A stretch of DNA of 64,000 nucleotides from an uncultured virus (IMG/VR IMGVR_UViG_3300032038_000056). Taxonomy: Duplodnaviria > Heunggongvirae > Uroviricota > Caudoviricetes. This document shows positions 9,425 through 19,621 of this stretch, piece by piece (within the stretch, counting starts at the first letter, position 1; each line of letters starts with the position of its first letter). The notes beneath the pieces are model-generated. The model worked only from the letters and a program-made list of their open reading frames with translations. It did not search any database and was not told the origin of the DNA. The DNA is taken from IMG/VR virus record IMGVR_UViG_3300032038_000056; one strand, given 5' to 3'. The position numbers were made by a program, and so were the translations under genes.

Positions 9425-10939
9425 TCAATCAAAAGTCAAACGTGTTTGACCGTGCTTTGCCCTCTTCTTTATCAGAGGTTCGTAAGCGGGATTGATCTCG
9501 ATGCCTATCCCGTTAATGTCGTGGTCATAGCAGTATTCCAATACAGTACCAGAACCGCAGAATGGATCCAATACTATACCGCCTTCTGGACAGCACGCAT
9601 CAATCGGCCTCTCCACCAACTTCTTTGGGAACATCGCGACGTGTTCCAGATTGGATCCCGTATTGCATATCGACCAAGTTGTACGGACATTTCTCATTCC
9701 GTCGCTGTTCTTCAGTATATCATCGGTCTCTACGGTCACATCGGTCATACCCTTGTCTATCTCGGAATACTCCTCGGAATCATCGCTGACCTTATCTCTG
9801 ATCAGCAGCCAATCCTCGATAGAGGGATATGAGAATCCGTCATCCGTTCTGAACCAATGCTCGGCTGTCGTAAGCGAGATCTCTGTCCCAGAAACAATCT
9901 CCTTTGGATTGATGCGGGATTTCATAAAAGCGGTGAAGGCCGCCTTATCTGGCAGGTTGTAACGCTTGTATACTACACCGTTCCCCCTGTTCTGGTGCAT
10001 CCCCTGTCTGACGCTCGCCTCCATATCGTCATCCTTCCATTTGGAAGTGTTGTCGAACCATACTGTCCTACAGTTACGGCCTTCGGGATTCCCCCATCTC
10101 TTCCAATTAGGGTCATTGTGCTGTAACTCATAAGCGTTGGATCCGCGTATCACGTTCTTGGTCTCAAGGGTATTATGCCTTGCGCGTTTCGCTCTGGCTA
10201 TGCTCTCTTGCTTGACCTCTTCCAACTGCTGTTTGAAATAGTATTTGGGGTTCTTTACGAAGAAAAAGAACTTCTCAAAATCCACTGTGAACCTGTCCTT
10301 GACGGAACTCGGCATCGCACTGTCCTTCTGCCAGATTATCTCGTTCCTCAGAATCCATCCGTGGTCGGCCATCGCTATTGCGAACCTTGACGGTATCTGG
10401 ACGAGGGTCTTCTGCGGGAACTGGGTGCGGGATAATCCCTCTCTGACCTTTTTCGCCGATATAATGGAATCAAGAGAACGCTGAACGCCTTTCGTGTCTC
10501 CTGTGAATCCGCTGGTCGTAGCGTAGGTATCGCCTAGATTGACCCAACACGCACCTGTCGGTTTGAGCACCCTTTTGACCTCATCGAATATCATCATCAG
10601 ATGGTCGATATACTCCAACGGGGAGGGTTCAAGCCCCAACTGCCCTTTCCACGCACCGCACTTTGAACAATATTGCGTAACGGTAGGGTGGCCTCTGTTA
10701 TTGCCTTCCCCATCCCTGTTCGCACCGACGCTCGCATTGGGATTTACGCCTCCTCTGGCCGACTCCTTGTGATCCGTCCATTCGTGTTCACAATCCGAAT
10801 TACCCCATACCACGGGATCCGTACCGTAATCCCTCAATGCCCAATACGGCGGAGAGGTAACGCATACGTCCACGGATTCATCTGGCATCTCTCTTAGGAC
10901 ATCCAGACAATTCCCTATGATGATCTTCTGTTCGCTCAA
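9425..10939 (-). CDS. DNA N4-C/N6-A methyltransferase (beta class)
   Basis: TSPPY catalytic motif near N-terminus, VLDPFCGSGT SAM motif near C-terminus, WILRNEIIWQK. Confidence 0.9.
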   Translation of the reverse strand: MSEQKIIIGNCLDVLREMPDESVDVCVTSPPYWALRDYGTDPVVWGNSDCEHEWTDHKESARGGVNPNASVGANRDGEGNNRGHPTVTQYCSKCGAWKGQLGLEPSPLEYIDHLMMIFDEVKRVLKPTGACWVNLGDTYATTSGFTGDTKGVQRSLDSIISAKKVREGLSRTQFPQKTLVQIPSRFAIAMADHGWILRNEIIWQKDSAMPSSVKDRFTVDFEKFFFFVKNPKYYFKQQLEEVKQESIARAKRARHNTLETKNVIRGSNAYELQHNDPNWKRWGNPEGRNCRTVWFDNTSKWKDDDMEASVRQGMHQNRGNGVVYKRYNLPDKAAFTAFMKSRINPKEIVSGTEISLTTAEHWFRTDDGFSYPSIEDWLLIRDKVSDDSEEYSEIDKGMTDVTVETDDILKNSDGMRNVRTTWSICNTGSNLEHVAMFPKKLVERPIDACCPEGGIVLDPFCGSGTVLEYCYDHDINGIGIEINPAYEPLIKKRAKHGQTRLTFD

Positions 10940-11136
10940 GGCTCTCCCACCTGATCCAGAGCATCCCTCTCATCTTTGAAATGACGGTAATTCAGACCGC
11001 CGAATCCGTTGAGGACTATCATCTCCATAAGAGATTTGCCAGCAAGCGTATCGGCATCATTGAAATCTATGTCATCCCAATCATTCTCTGGAACTTCTGT
11101 CTCAATCACTGTCGTAAGTACGGTATATATCTTCAT
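10936..11136 (-). CDS. Hypothetical protein
   Basis: 66 aa, GAGGTG RBS, ATGA overlap with MTase. Confidence 0.55.
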   Translation of the reverse strand: MKIYTVLTTVIETEVPENDWDDIDFNDADTLAGKSLMEMIVLNGFGGLNYRHFKDERDALDQVGEP

Positions 11137-11145
11137 CAGAACACC

Positions 11146-11862
11146 TCATATGAATCTGTCCATTGTTGTCTGTATCTTTCTCGGCTGAGGAATGGGCGTG
11201 AACCCCAGACCTTCGTTACATATCTCTACGATGTGCCGACAAAGTTTCTCTGGGATCCTTGCACGTTCCATAGCATTCTTCAATCTCTGGGATCCGTTCC
11301 TCGACCCTCTGGGTGCTTTCTCGTGGCACGTATCCCCGTAGTTACAAGGGGGTATGAACTTCGGGTCAGGATGGTTGGTCCAGATGTCCGTAGGTTTCAT
11401 ACGGAAATCTCCGTATTTGCAGTAGGTCACTGTATAACGGGTCATGAAACCAGACCTCTCTCTCTCCCTCATGAAATCCATCTTCCTCATCCCCGCTCTT
11501 GGATTCTCGATGAAGAAATACTTGGGATTCAATTCCTCGATCAATTCCATCACGTGTTCGTTGGTGGCATCACAAAACTTGGCATAATCCGACTTGGGTG
11601 CAAGCGTGTCCCCCTTCTTCTCACGATGATGGAATATGGCAGATACAGAATAACTTGTGCAATCGGGCGATGCCCAGATCACATCTGGTACGCCCTTGCA
11701 TAGTTTCACAATATCTTCGGCTGTGAGTTTGGATATATCCGCATAGAGTGAGATGTCCTTGAATTTCTTATCCCACTCTACGGAATAGGTCTCCCACCCA
11801 TCCCTCTCGAACTCACATCCGACAGACCTCGTTCCCGCAAACAGTTCCAACATCTTCGGCAT
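11146..11862 (-). CDS. DNA cytosine-C5 methyltransferase-like protein (short phage type)
   Basis: MLELFAG (motif I), WASPDC (catalytic PC-like), FFIENP (motif VI); start moved to MPKML. Confidence 0.85.
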   Translation of the reverse strand: MPKMLELFAGTRSVGCEFERDGWETYSVEWDKKFKDISLYADISKLTAEDIVKLCKGVPDVIWASPDCTSYSVSAIFHHREKKGDTLAPKSDYAKFCDATNEHVMELIEELNPKYFFIENPRAGMRKMDFMRERERSGFMTRYTVTYCKYGDFRMKPTDIWTNHPDPKFIPPCNYGDTCHEKAPRGSRNGSQRLKNAMERARIPEKLCRHIVEICNEGLGFTPIPQPRKIQTTMDRFI

Positions 11863-11940
11863 TTCCCTACCTCTTGTTTTTGATGATGGCATATATTGAA
11901 AAATATATAAATGTATTTACAGGAACATTTACAAGATTAC

Positions 11941-12123
11941 TTACGCTCTCCTGTTCCAGCACGATGCCAGATAGGAAATCCTATCAGCCTTCTTACCAGG
12001 AACGTTCGATATCATTGACACCATCCCGCACGACTTACACTTCACACCTGTTGAGAGATGCACCAGCGTAAGATCCGTCGAACCGCAGAACGGACACGGA
12101 CTGAACTCGTCCATATCACTCAT
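11941..12123 (-). CDS. Lar-family restriction-alleviation-like Zn-ribbon protein
   Basis: PCPFCGS...V.C.SCG...WNRR pattern. Confidence 0.7.
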   Translation of the reverse strand: MSDMDEFSPCPFCGSTDLTLVHLSTGVKCKSCGMVSMISNVPGKKADRISYLASCWNRRA

Positions 12124-12256
12124 TGGTACGCCTCCTTATACAGACCGTGACCACATCGCCCTCTTTCGCATCGATCATAGCCAGTTCCTTGGTGAGTCTG
12201 AACCCCAGACTGCCACCTGTCCTTATGATCTTCTTATCAACTACAATTCTGTCCAT
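12116..12256 (-). CDS. AbrB/MazE/SpoVT-type DNA-binding protein (46 aa)
   Basis: Manual translation MDRIVVDKKIIRTGGSLGFRLTKELAMIDAKEGDVVTVCIRRRTNE; below ORF-track cutoff. Confidence 0.7.
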   Translation of the reverse strand: MDRIVVDKKIIRTGGSLGFRLTKELAMIDAKEGDVVTVCIRRRTNE

Positions 12257-12578
12257 TGTATACCTCCATTGTGTCTTTCATCAATTTTTCAATCGACTCC
12301 AATCTCTCGGCAATCTCCCATAGGAACGACTCCGCGATTGTCATTGGTTCTCCTTTCGTTTTCGTTATGTAGAACTTATCGAACACCGAGACTATCATAT
12401 CCCCCACGGAAACCTCTCCGATTTCCTTGGATTCGGTCAAAGAGAACATCTCTGTCAATATTTCCTTTCCATCCACCTTTCTGACGAACAGATCCTTGTC
12501 CTTCAGCATATCCATACAGAGTTCCGAACCGTCGTAGATCAGATACTCATATGCCGTCATACGTCTTCTCCACATCAT
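12237..12578 (-). CDS. Hypothetical protein
   Basis: Overlapping operon arrangement; start moved to MMWRRR. Confidence 0.55.
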   Translation of the reverse strand: MMWRRRMTAYEYLIYDGSELCMDMLKDKDLFVRKVDGKEILTEMFSLTESKEIGEVSVGDMIVSVFDKFYITKTKGEPMTIAESFLWEIAERLESIEKLMKDTMEVYNGQNCS

Positions 12579-12877
12579 CTTCTCGCCATATTCCTTATAT
12601 CGAATTTGTCCAGTATCGCCATCTCCAAAAGCCACATCTTCATATCTATCTCCTTGATGTCTTGGAAATAATCTATCGCTCTCCCCGTCTTCCTGTCGAA
12701 TATTAGATAGCACGTATCCCCGCTATCCTTCTTCTCTCCTAAGTAGATTGAGTAATAATCCCCTAGGCGTATGCCATTATCGGTAAACGTATCCAGATTC
12801 TTCTGTAACCCTCTCGACATACCTGTACGGTATATGCGCCACGCATCGTTCTCTATGATCAATTCCCTATCATTCAT
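12575..12877 (-). CDS. Hypothetical protein
   Basis: ATGA overlaps on both sides; start MNDRE. Confidence 0.55.
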   Translation of the reverse strand: MNDRELIIENDAWRIYRTGMSRGLQKNLDTFTDNGIRLGDYYSIYLGEKKDSGDTCYLIFDRKTGRAIDYFQDIKEIDMKMWLLEMAILDKFDIRNMARR

Positions 12878-13788
12878 TGTCTTACCCTGTTCAGTAGCCT
12901 CATAGCACACGAGGACACGACCTTACGAACCGCTTTCATATCCACCGATTTCAAATCGGCCAGAGCATCGAAGGAACAATCCGTCCACCACTCCCTCCAT
13001 ATGTATTTGAGGAAATCGGGGGTCATCTTCATATTCCATTCGATCCCTCTGTCCGTAGTGAACTTATGGAACTCCTTGGATACGAACTCCTGTGTCATAC
13101 TGACCTCGACAGCCGTTTCCTCTGGCAGTACCTCCTTCTCACCCTTATTCTTGGAATGCGCCTTTGACTTGAACGTTTCTCTGACGATCTTACCCCAAGT
13201 CCTTCTGCCGTATGGGTTGATGTAATCGTAGTTCTTGACCACGATGCCTTCCCCTTGTTCCCCCTCTTTCAAAAGGTACAGGTCGGAATCCATCGCCTTA
13301 TACAGATCCTCTATGGAAGGGTTCTCGAACCTTGCGATGTCTGGAATGACGGTGATATCCCTTGACTGAGGTCTCATAACGTCAGCAACCAGATCCACCA
13401 CCTCCGTATATTCCAGCCACTTCGCCTTCTCATCATCCCATATATCGAAGATGTACCATTTGTTCCACGCATCGTCATAATAGGACTTGATCGTGTGGGG
13501 GGTCAGATATTCCCCGTACACCCTCAGATTGGGATGTGCCTTGACGAACTCGGCAATCTCTGGATGCTTATCCACGAAATGCCAGAACCCTGTTGTATCG
13601 TATCCCTCTGAGAGAAGTTGATTGCGTGATGCAATCGCTACTCTGTCCAGATCCTTGTCGTAGTATACACAATGGTTCGCACCGTCGATCTTGGGGAACA
13701 CCCAGACTGTCCCATTCAGAAGACCGTCAAGTTCGTTTCCGCATAATCCGATGCGTTCCACATGCTGATACCTTACAAAATCACTCAT
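12874..13788 (-). CDS. RNA ligase (Rnl2-like nucleotidyltransferase)
   Basis: Motif I PKIDGAN, VYGE, IFDI, GEGIVVK, GKIV; start MSDFVRY. Confidence 0.8.
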   Translation of the reverse strand: MSDFVRYQHVERIGLCGNELDGLLNGTVWVFPKIDGANHCVYYDKDLDRVAIASRNQLLSEGYDTTGFWHFVDKHPEIAEFVKAHPNLRVYGEYLTPHTIKSYYDDAWNKWYIFDIWDDEKAKWLEYTEVVDLVADVMRPQSRDITVIPDIARFENPSIEDLYKAMDSDLYLLKEGEQGEGIVVKNYDYINPYGRRTWGKIVRETFKSKAHSKNKGEKEVLPEETAVEVSMTQEFVSKEFHKFTTDRGIEWNMKMTPDFLKYIWREWWTDCSFDALADLKSVDMKAVRKVVSSCAMRLLNRVRQ

Positions 13789-14098
13789 TCCCGTCACCTC
13801 TTTTCGTTTTGTCCTTGCCACCTTCATTCGAGAGTTTATCTATGACCTCTTTCCTTTTCTGTTCTCCCTCTGCCATACAGTCCTCCGTCCACTTCACGAA
13901 CATCCAATAGAAACTGAGAAAACAGTCTGGGCATATACGCGCATTGTATTTGAGATTCCTTCCTCTCGCTCTTACCTTCAAGGAGACCATCGAATGGTGA
14001 GGTTCGTCCGTATAGGATGTCCTCTTATCCACATCGAGGTTTATCAGAGCACCGCACTGCTCGCATATCTCACCTTCCAATACGACCTTTCTTCTCAT
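13781..14098 (-). CDS. Zn-finger hypothetical protein
   Basis: CEQCG ... ICPDC. Confidence 0.6.
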   Translation of the reverse strand: MRRKVVLEGEICEQCGALINLDVDKRTSYTDEPHHSMVSLKVRARGRNLKYNARICPDCFLSFYWMFVKWTEDCMAEGEQKRKEVIDKLSNEGGKDKTKRGDGNE

Positions 14099-14316
14099 TC
14101 AGCACCGCCCTTCCATAACATCTCATTCAGCATATCCCTCAGAACCAGCATACTGCCCTCATCCAGCATTATGCTGTGAGTTCCCTCATCCTCGGTCTCG
14201 CACCATATCTCCACGCATCCCTTGTGGAACATAGCGGACCACTTATCATAATCCCCATTCGTGAGGATTCCTTTCAGCATATTCTCAGACATCGAGACTC
14301 CTGTGAAGCGATGCAC
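14095..14316 (-). CDS. Hypothetical protein
   Basis: Operon context with ATGA overlap; start uncertain. Confidence 0.45.
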   Translation of the reverse strand: MHRFTGVSMSENMLKGILTNGDYDKWSAMFHKGCVEIWCETEDEGTHSIMLDEGSMLVLRDMLNEMLWKGGAE

Positions 14317-14584
14317 CGCAGAACGGACAGAACTTCCACTTCTCTCTCCTGTGTGCCACCTTATTGTTCTCGTCCAGATAAGGCATCAGAGCGTCATATG
14401 ACAAGACCTCCTTAGTGCCGAAGTCAATCACAGGATCGGCATAATTCACATTCTCGAACGCACGACAACAGAACCCTGTGTAAGCGCGGGACTCGATGAG
14501 GTCTATGCTCTCCCCAGTCAATCCGTGTCCTCTGAGGGCATCCTTGCTGTCGATTGTAGCACCGTTGAATCTGATGGTCATCAT
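14285..14584 (-). CDS. Hypothetical protein with C-terminal CPFCG Zn ribbon
   Basis: FCC ... KFCPFCG. Confidence 0.55.
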   Translation of the reverse strand: MMTIRFNGATIDSKDALRGHGLTGESIDLIESRAYTGFCCRAFENVNYADPVIDFGTKEVLSYDALMPYLDENNKVAHRREKWKFCPFCGASLHRSLDV

Positions 14585-14898
14585 TCGGCCATCTCCCTCA
14601 CCGCCAGAGCGGTTATCTTGCCTACGGTCAGAGAAACGGAGAAGTCGCCGTTATCGTAACTGTCCTTGTCGGGATACAGACGCAGTTTCCTCCCCAGTGA
14701 TGACTCGAAAATGGGTGCGTATGCCTTGATGTGCGGTGTCGCAAAACAGAATAGGTTTCTGTTGCCACGGAAGATGCTCATCTTCAACCCGTTCTCGTCC
14801 TCGAACTCCAACACTTCCGTGGGAGTCAGTTCCTTCGCAAGCGTTTCGATGTCCTCTACGCCGAAATCGTCCTTTCCGAATACTTTTGTCACTATCAT
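14581..14898 (-). CDS. Hypothetical protein
   Basis: First gene after TATA element at ~14932-14940. Confidence 0.55.
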   Translation of the reverse strand: MIVTKVFGKDDFGVEDIETLAKELTPTEVLEFEDENGLKMSIFRGNRNLFCFATPHIKAYAPIFESSLGRKLRLYPDKDSYDNGDFSVSLTVGKITALAVREMAE

Positions 14899-14966
14899 AT
14901 AGTTTTCACCGTGAATAGTATTTATTTTTGTATATATAAAAGTATTGAAAATGCTACAATACCGCC

Positions 14967-16121
14967 TTACCTGTTCCCCTTTGCCCTATTGTGCGTCTTG
15001 CACAGCATCTGACAGTTGGACTCGTCCGTGGATCCCCCTCTGCTCCACGCTGATACGTGATCTGCATCCATCTCTCCTATCTCGTATATCCTATGGACTC
15101 CAGCGACCTCGCATAAAGGACAGTTGGATGCGCCAGAGTCTCTTGCGTCCTTGGTCTGTTTCTCATAGACCTTGGTCTTCGTCCTGTTATCAAAGATCCT
15201 TATGTTCAGCAAAGAAGCGTCCTTACATCCCCCCAGAACATACTCGAATATCCCTCTGAGCGAATAGATGCTGGAGTCCGCCATAAGATCGTAGACCTTA
15301 CTCTCAACCTCATCGACATCGTATGCGTTGTTATGGTAGGTCTCGTACAGCCTTCCCCAATCCAGTCCGCACATCAGTTTCCTTGTGATTTTGAATACCG
15401 ATCCCGCCCAACGTATGACCGACTCGAAGTAATCAGAGATTTCGGAGATATCCTCTTCGTTACGATGTACCGACAGATACCCTTGAACATCCCCCTTGCT
15501 CACCCACTTCAATGCGGTCTCAAGTATCTCCTGTCTGTTCGGATTGCCTTTGACGTATGCTTTCCAGCGTGGCATGTTGCCGTTCTTGGGGTTAGAGAAC
15601 TTCTTACGGCACGCATTGATGAACGGCCCGTGATAGGATGCGTTCAGACGCTCTTGGGGTGTGAGTTCCACCCCGACCATATTGATCGTGGTGAACCATT
15701 CTTGTATCTCTGAAGGAGCCCCTCTGCATACGTACACGGTAAGCGGTGTGTCCAGTATCTTCGACCTGTCATCCTCGTCCATCGTACTGAACAGTCTTCT
15801 GACCCCGTTCCTCTCGATGGAGAACGGATCCGATTCGGTAACGAATCTTGCGAACGAAGTGATCCTCTGCTGACCATCCAGCACCTCGTATTCATCCCCG
15901 TTCTCGACGAAATACATCAAACCGAGAGGGTATCCTTTCAAAAGGGATTCGACCACGGCGACATCCTTCCCCTTGTCCTTATAGACATAGTTGCGCTGAT
16001 ATTCGGGCTGTATAACCAATTTTCCATTCATTCCCCTAAGACCTTTCTCTTCGGCCTTATCGTAGCAGAATCCCTTACAGATGTCCGCTACCGTCCATTC
16101 GGTATGAAGTTCTGTTTTCAT
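14967..16121 (-). CDS. DUF262 (GmrSD/ParB-like) + C-terminal HNH restriction endonuclease
   Basis: [20 protein letters not shown]...[13 protein letters not shown]...[13 protein letters not shown]. Confidence 0.88.
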   Translation of the reverse strand: MKTELHTEWTVADICKGFCYDKAEEKGLRGMNGKLVIQPEYQRNYVYKDKGKDVAVVESLLKGYPLGLMYFVENGDEYEVLDGQQRITSFARFVTESDPFSIERNGVRRLFSTMDEDDRSKILDTPLTVYVCRGAPSEIQEWFTTINMVGVELTPQERLNASYHGPFINACRKKFSNPKNGNMPRWKAYVKGNPNRQEILETALKWVSKGDVQGYLSVHRNEEDISEISDYFESVIRWAGSVFKITRKLMCGLDWGRLYETYHNNAYDVDEVESKVYDLMADSSIYSLRGIFEYVLGGCKDASLLNIRIFDNRTKTKVYEKQTKDARDSGASNCPLCEVAGVHRIYEIGEMDADHVSAWSRGGSTDESNCQMLCKTHNRAKGNR

Positions 16122-17224
16122 ATCTCCTTCTCCTTATTCTTCACAATCAACAACCTTGGGTACAACGATTTCTCATTCCCAGAGCGATCCTCCAGAACAG
16201 GGGAACTGTGCCTTTCGATTCCGAGAGTTTTGTCCTCGAACCATGGCCTTGTTATCCCTACGATGGTAAACTGGGAAGGATTGTACTTGTCCATAAAGGT
16301 GATCGGTACACCCATCATCCCGTCATAATCAGAGGGGATGCACTCTACAAAAGGTACTTCGATGGCATCATAATTCGTATATCTCGGCCACACATCCACA
16401 CCGTATTCAGCGAATTTCTTTGTTAATTTGAGGTTATAACGTATGAGATTGTCCGCTGTGTCGAGCATCAGCATTTCGTGACGTTTGCCGTGTTCGATAT
16501 TTGAGAACCAACAGACCCCTGGCACATTGAGTATGTACCCCTCATCTGTCTTCTTGGCATTCTCGCTTATGAACTCGGCATCCTTGGGGAGAATCATCCA
16601 TCTCCCGCCATTGATCGTCGTGTACCCTACCCACATCTGATTGTCTTTCAGAAGAGGGAACATCTCTTTGTACGTTATGGCATTCTTATTTCCCATAACT
16701 ATGAATCTCTTGTTGCCGATCCACTTCACGAACTCTCTGAACAGCGAGAACGGGGGATTGGTAACAATCACATCAGCCTCATCCCTCAGCGCACACACCT
16801 CTGGAGAACGGAAATCCCCGTCCCCTTTGAGGTATCCCTTGAACTCGACATCGTTCTGATCTATGACTCCCGAACCATCGGTATCACGAGTGAGGATGAA
16901 CAGTTTTCCATGAGTATCGTGCTTACCTCTGTCATACAGAGGGGACTCGAACTCCGCAATCGTTGTCTGCTTGTTTCCAGCACTCTTTGCGTATGAGGTG
17001 GAGATCAGTTTCTTCAATCCGAACCTCTCAAAATTGGTGGCAAAGAACTTCGTGAAGTTAGACCACTCGTGGTCATCGCACGGACACAGGACGGCCTTCC
17101 CTCTGAACACGTCCTTGTCATACTCGAAGTAGGCATTGATCTCCGCCTCGATGTCCTCATAGCGGGTGTAGAACTCGTCATTCTTTACCGCTCTTGCGTG
17201 TATGAGGTTCTGGTTAGTTGCCAT
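16118..17224 (-). CDS. Adenine-specific DNA methyltransferase, EcoRI-methylase family
   Basis: [43 protein letters not shown]; start MATNQNL; translationally coupled to nuclease. Confidence 0.9.
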   Translation of the reverse strand: MATNQNLIHARAVKNDEFYTRYEDIEAEINAYFEYDKDVFRGKAVLCPCDDHEWSNFTKFFATNFERFGLKKLISTSYAKSAGNKQTTIAEFESPLYDRGKHDTHGKLFILTRDTDGSGVIDQNDVEFKGYLKGDGDFRSPEVCALRDEADVIVTNPPFSLFREFVKWIGNKRFIVMGNKNAITYKEMFPLLKDNQMWVGYTTINGGRWMILPKDAEFISENAKKTDEGYILNVPGVCWFSNIEHGKRHEMLMLDTADNLIRYNLKLTKKFAEYGVDVWPRYTNYDAIEVPFVECIPSDYDGMMGVPITFMDKYNPSQFTIVGITRPWFEDKTLGIERHSSPVLEDRSGNEKSLYPRLLIVKNKEKEI

Positions 17225-17534
17225 AGAACTCCCTCTTTGCTCTGATCCTCTCATTGATGGTCTTCGTCGAACTGTCAGATAGGAATGTGATCTCAAGCAC
17301 TCTCCCGCTCTCATCCACAACCTTTCCGTCAATGACGCGAACACCGTAGTAGAAATTGTTGAATCCTGTGTTCCAAGTCTTGAAACACTTGTCCTTGTCC
17401 ACCTTCTTCGAGAATCCCATCAAGGCAACGTCCTTCGCACATTTCTTATCATCCTTCCAAAGAGAAGTCGTTGCCACGACATATTTAGAGTTCCTAAGCA
17501 GTTTCTTGATGTCATTCATAGTTGGGTTGTTCAT
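17214..17534 (-). CDS. Hypothetical protein
   Basis: 106 aa with own TATA promoter and GAGGT RBS. Confidence 0.55.
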   Translation of the reverse strand: MNNPTMNDIKKLLRNSKYVVATTSLWKDDKKCAKDVALMGFSKKVDKDKCFKTWNTGFNNFYYGVRVIDGKVVDESGRVLEITFLSDSSTKTINERIRAKREFYGN

Positions 17535-17561
17535 TGTTATTACCTCGAATTTGTATCGGCA

Positions 17562-17593
17562 AATGTATATATAAATATATTGAAAAAGAATGA
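17562..17593 (-). promoter_or_regulatory. Archaeal TATA promoter, copy 1 of 32-bp repeat
   Basis: aatgtatatataaatatattgaaaaagaatga (TTTATATA on minus strand), 31/32 identical to 18233-18264. Confidence 0.7.
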
Positions 17594-17602
17594 GGGGGAT
17601 AT

Positions 17603-18205
17603 TCAGTACGAATATCCGACATCCTCAATCGTACAGTTGCTTGCTGATACCTTGAACCCGTCCTCTGCATACAGGTACACGGAAGGGTCCGCATAGCGGT
17701 TGTATGAGAAGGTTGTGATCTTGAAGACCTCGAACACCTTTCCGACCTCTTTGCGACCCTTGACGATTTTGACGATATCCCCGACTCTGGATTCCTCACC
17801 AGACTTTCCGACGAGTTGTTCCTTGTTGTGCTCTCTGGTCTCCTCGTCGCAGTATCCGTAGAAGTACCTTGCGGCCTTGACAAGCAGTTCGGGAAGACCC
17901 ATCGCTTCACCCTGTCCCCCGACAGCATAACCGTAGATGTGGACATATCCTTCGGGGTCGATGAACATCTTGGTCTTGGGCAGGATGTTGCCCTCGATGA
18001 TCTCTCTGACACGGCCACCGCTGGCACGCATCTCCCCCCAATCGTAGAATGACCTCAAGTGGGAGTCCGTGGCCGAACGGTAGTTGTAAAGCATCGTCTC
18101 GATACCGTTGATGTAGTATCTGGTGTTGCCCTCCTTGTCTGTCCAAGGTCTGAGTGCAGACTTGACCAGATTCATATTCATCTTGATGTCCGATATATAA
18201 TCCAT
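17603..18205 (-). CDS. Hypothetical protein
   Basis: 200 aa, own promoter; KOW-like VGDIVKIVKGR segment. Confidence 0.65.
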   Translation of the reverse strand: MDYISDIKMNMNLVKSALRPWTDKEGNTRYYINGIETMLYNYRSATDSHLRSFYDWGEMRASGGRVREIIEGNILPKTKMFIDPEGYVHIYGYAVGGQGEAMGLPELLVKAARYFYGYCDEETREHNKEQLVGKSGEESRVGDIVKIVKGRKEVGKVFEVFKITTFSYNRYADPSVYLYAEDGFKVSASNCTIEDVGYSY

Positions 18206-18232
18206 CGTTTTTACCTCGTAAATGTATCAATG

Positions 18233-18264
18233 AATGTATATATAAATGTATTGAAAAAGAATGA
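18233..18264 (-). promoter_or_regulatory. Archaeal TATA promoter, copy 2 of 32-bp repeat
   Basis: aatgtatatataaatgtattgaaaaagaatga. Confidence 0.7.
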
Positions 18265-18281
18265 AAAAGAAAAAGAGGACA

Positions 18282-19055
18282 TCACAGAGGTAGCACTGTC
18301 TGTATCGTAGAGGATCCATATCTCCTTACCCTTTCACGCGCATATTCGCATTGTTTCTGTGATATCTCAGAACCGATATAATGACAGCCGATCATTCTGC
18401 ACCCGACAGCGGTCGTTCCTGTACCCATAAACGGATCATAGACAACAGAACCGGGCCCGACGTACATAGACAAGACCTTCTTGACCAATTCACTGCTGAA
18501 TGTCGCTTGGTTCATATCGGGAGTGGGCGCATCGTTATTCTGTGCATACACAACGTTGTATCCCACGTCATAATATGTCTGCCCGCTCGGACTTTGGGAG
18601 GATGGCTTTCTGTTCGTACAGAACGTTTCCGTTTCGGTCTTGCGTGCGAACACCCATACGAACTCCCACTGTCTGCTCAATCTTCTGGGATTCGCGGGAA
18701 AAGGCATACTGCTCTTCTTGATCCATACGATTGTATCCGCTAATGCCCATCCTGTATCATTCACGATGTCCGACACCAGAGTGTATGGTAAAGCGGGATT
18801 CTCAACCGAATACGAGAAGTTGTAGAGGACGACTCCGTTCCTTTTCACAATCCTATCGAACTGTCTGAACAGATCTGTTGTGAACTTTCTATACTCGGTA
18901 TAACCCATCCAATCGGAATACACGTCGTACCTTCCTGTATCCGCGTTCCCGCCTTTGCGTTTGGTCATATTATAAGGCGGAGAGGTAAATACGGCATCGA
19001 CTGGCTGAATTGATTGCATTGTAACAAAACAATCCTCATTCCGAATCTCGTCCAC
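18282..19055 (-). CDS. DNA N4-C/N6-A methyltransferase (beta class)
   Basis: FTSPPYN, VYDPFMGTGTT, IGSEIS. Confidence 0.9.
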   Translation of the reverse strand: MDEIRNEDCFVTMQSIQPVDAVFTSPPYNMTKRKGGNADTGRYDVYSDWMGYTEYRKFTTDLFRQFDRIVKRNGVVLYNFSYSVENPALPYTLVSDIVNDTGWALADTIVWIKKSSMPFPANPRRLSRQWEFVWVFARKTETETFCTNRKPSSQSPSGQTYYDVGYNVVYAQNNDAPTPDMNQATFSSELVKKVLSMYVGPGSVVYDPFMGTGTTAVGCRMIGCHYIGSEISQKQCEYARERVRRYGSSTIQTVLPL

Positions 19056-19100
19056 CCAATCACCTCAAAAATAATAAGACAGGGCATTGAAGCCCTTGTT

Positions 19101-19265
19101 TCAGATGGTCTCGGAATCCACGATATCCCCCTCTGCATCGGGTGGTTCGCAATGGGTCACGGATACCTCATACCATTCCCCGTCTATGCGAATCCTGTAT
19201 CCCCTTCCCCTCTCATTGATGTCCTTGATCACGATCATCAATTCCTGTACGGGGGTTTCACTCAT
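19101..19265 (-). CDS. Small hypothetical protein (54 aa)
   Basis: Manual translation MSETPVQELMIVIKDINERGRGYRIRIDGEWYEVSV...; fills operon gap. Confidence 0.4.
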   Translation of the reverse strand: MSETPVQELMIVIKDINERGRGYRIRIDGEWYEVSVTHCEPPDAEGDIVDSETI

Positions 19266-19617
19266 TGAAGTCCTCCAGCCTTGTCTGGTTCACGGGAACG
19301 GTCTGAAGATATGTCGCAAGACAAGTCTCCGCATCTGACCGACAGGTGTTCACATCATAGATCACGTCATCATCCGATTCGGTGAATGCGAACACGTTGG
19401 ATACGGTCATTGAAGGGGTACAGGTCTTAAAGACCTTGATGACCTCCTGTGCCTGTTCACCCAGAAGATTCGTGATGTCGATTGTGCCGTCATAGAACAC
19501 CAAGAAGTCCTCCCCCTCGTCATCGACACCGAACCTTCTGAGTTGCGATGTGATCTTCTCCATATCCGCGTATGTGGTACATACGGGATCGAACTTCACA
19601 CTGACTCCGAACCTCAT
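19258..19617 (-). CDS. Hypothetical protein with C-terminal PIP-box-like motif
   Basis: Ends QTRLEDFNE; directly downstream of PCNA gene; start MRFGVSV. Confidence 0.6.
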   Translation of the reverse strand: MRFGVSVKFDPVCTTYADMEKITSQLRRFGVDDEGEDFLVFYDGTIDITNLLGEQAQEVIKVFKTCTPSMTVSNVFAFTESDDDVIYDVNTCRSDAETCLATYLQTVPVNQTRLEDFNE

Positions 19618-19621
19618 CGTA

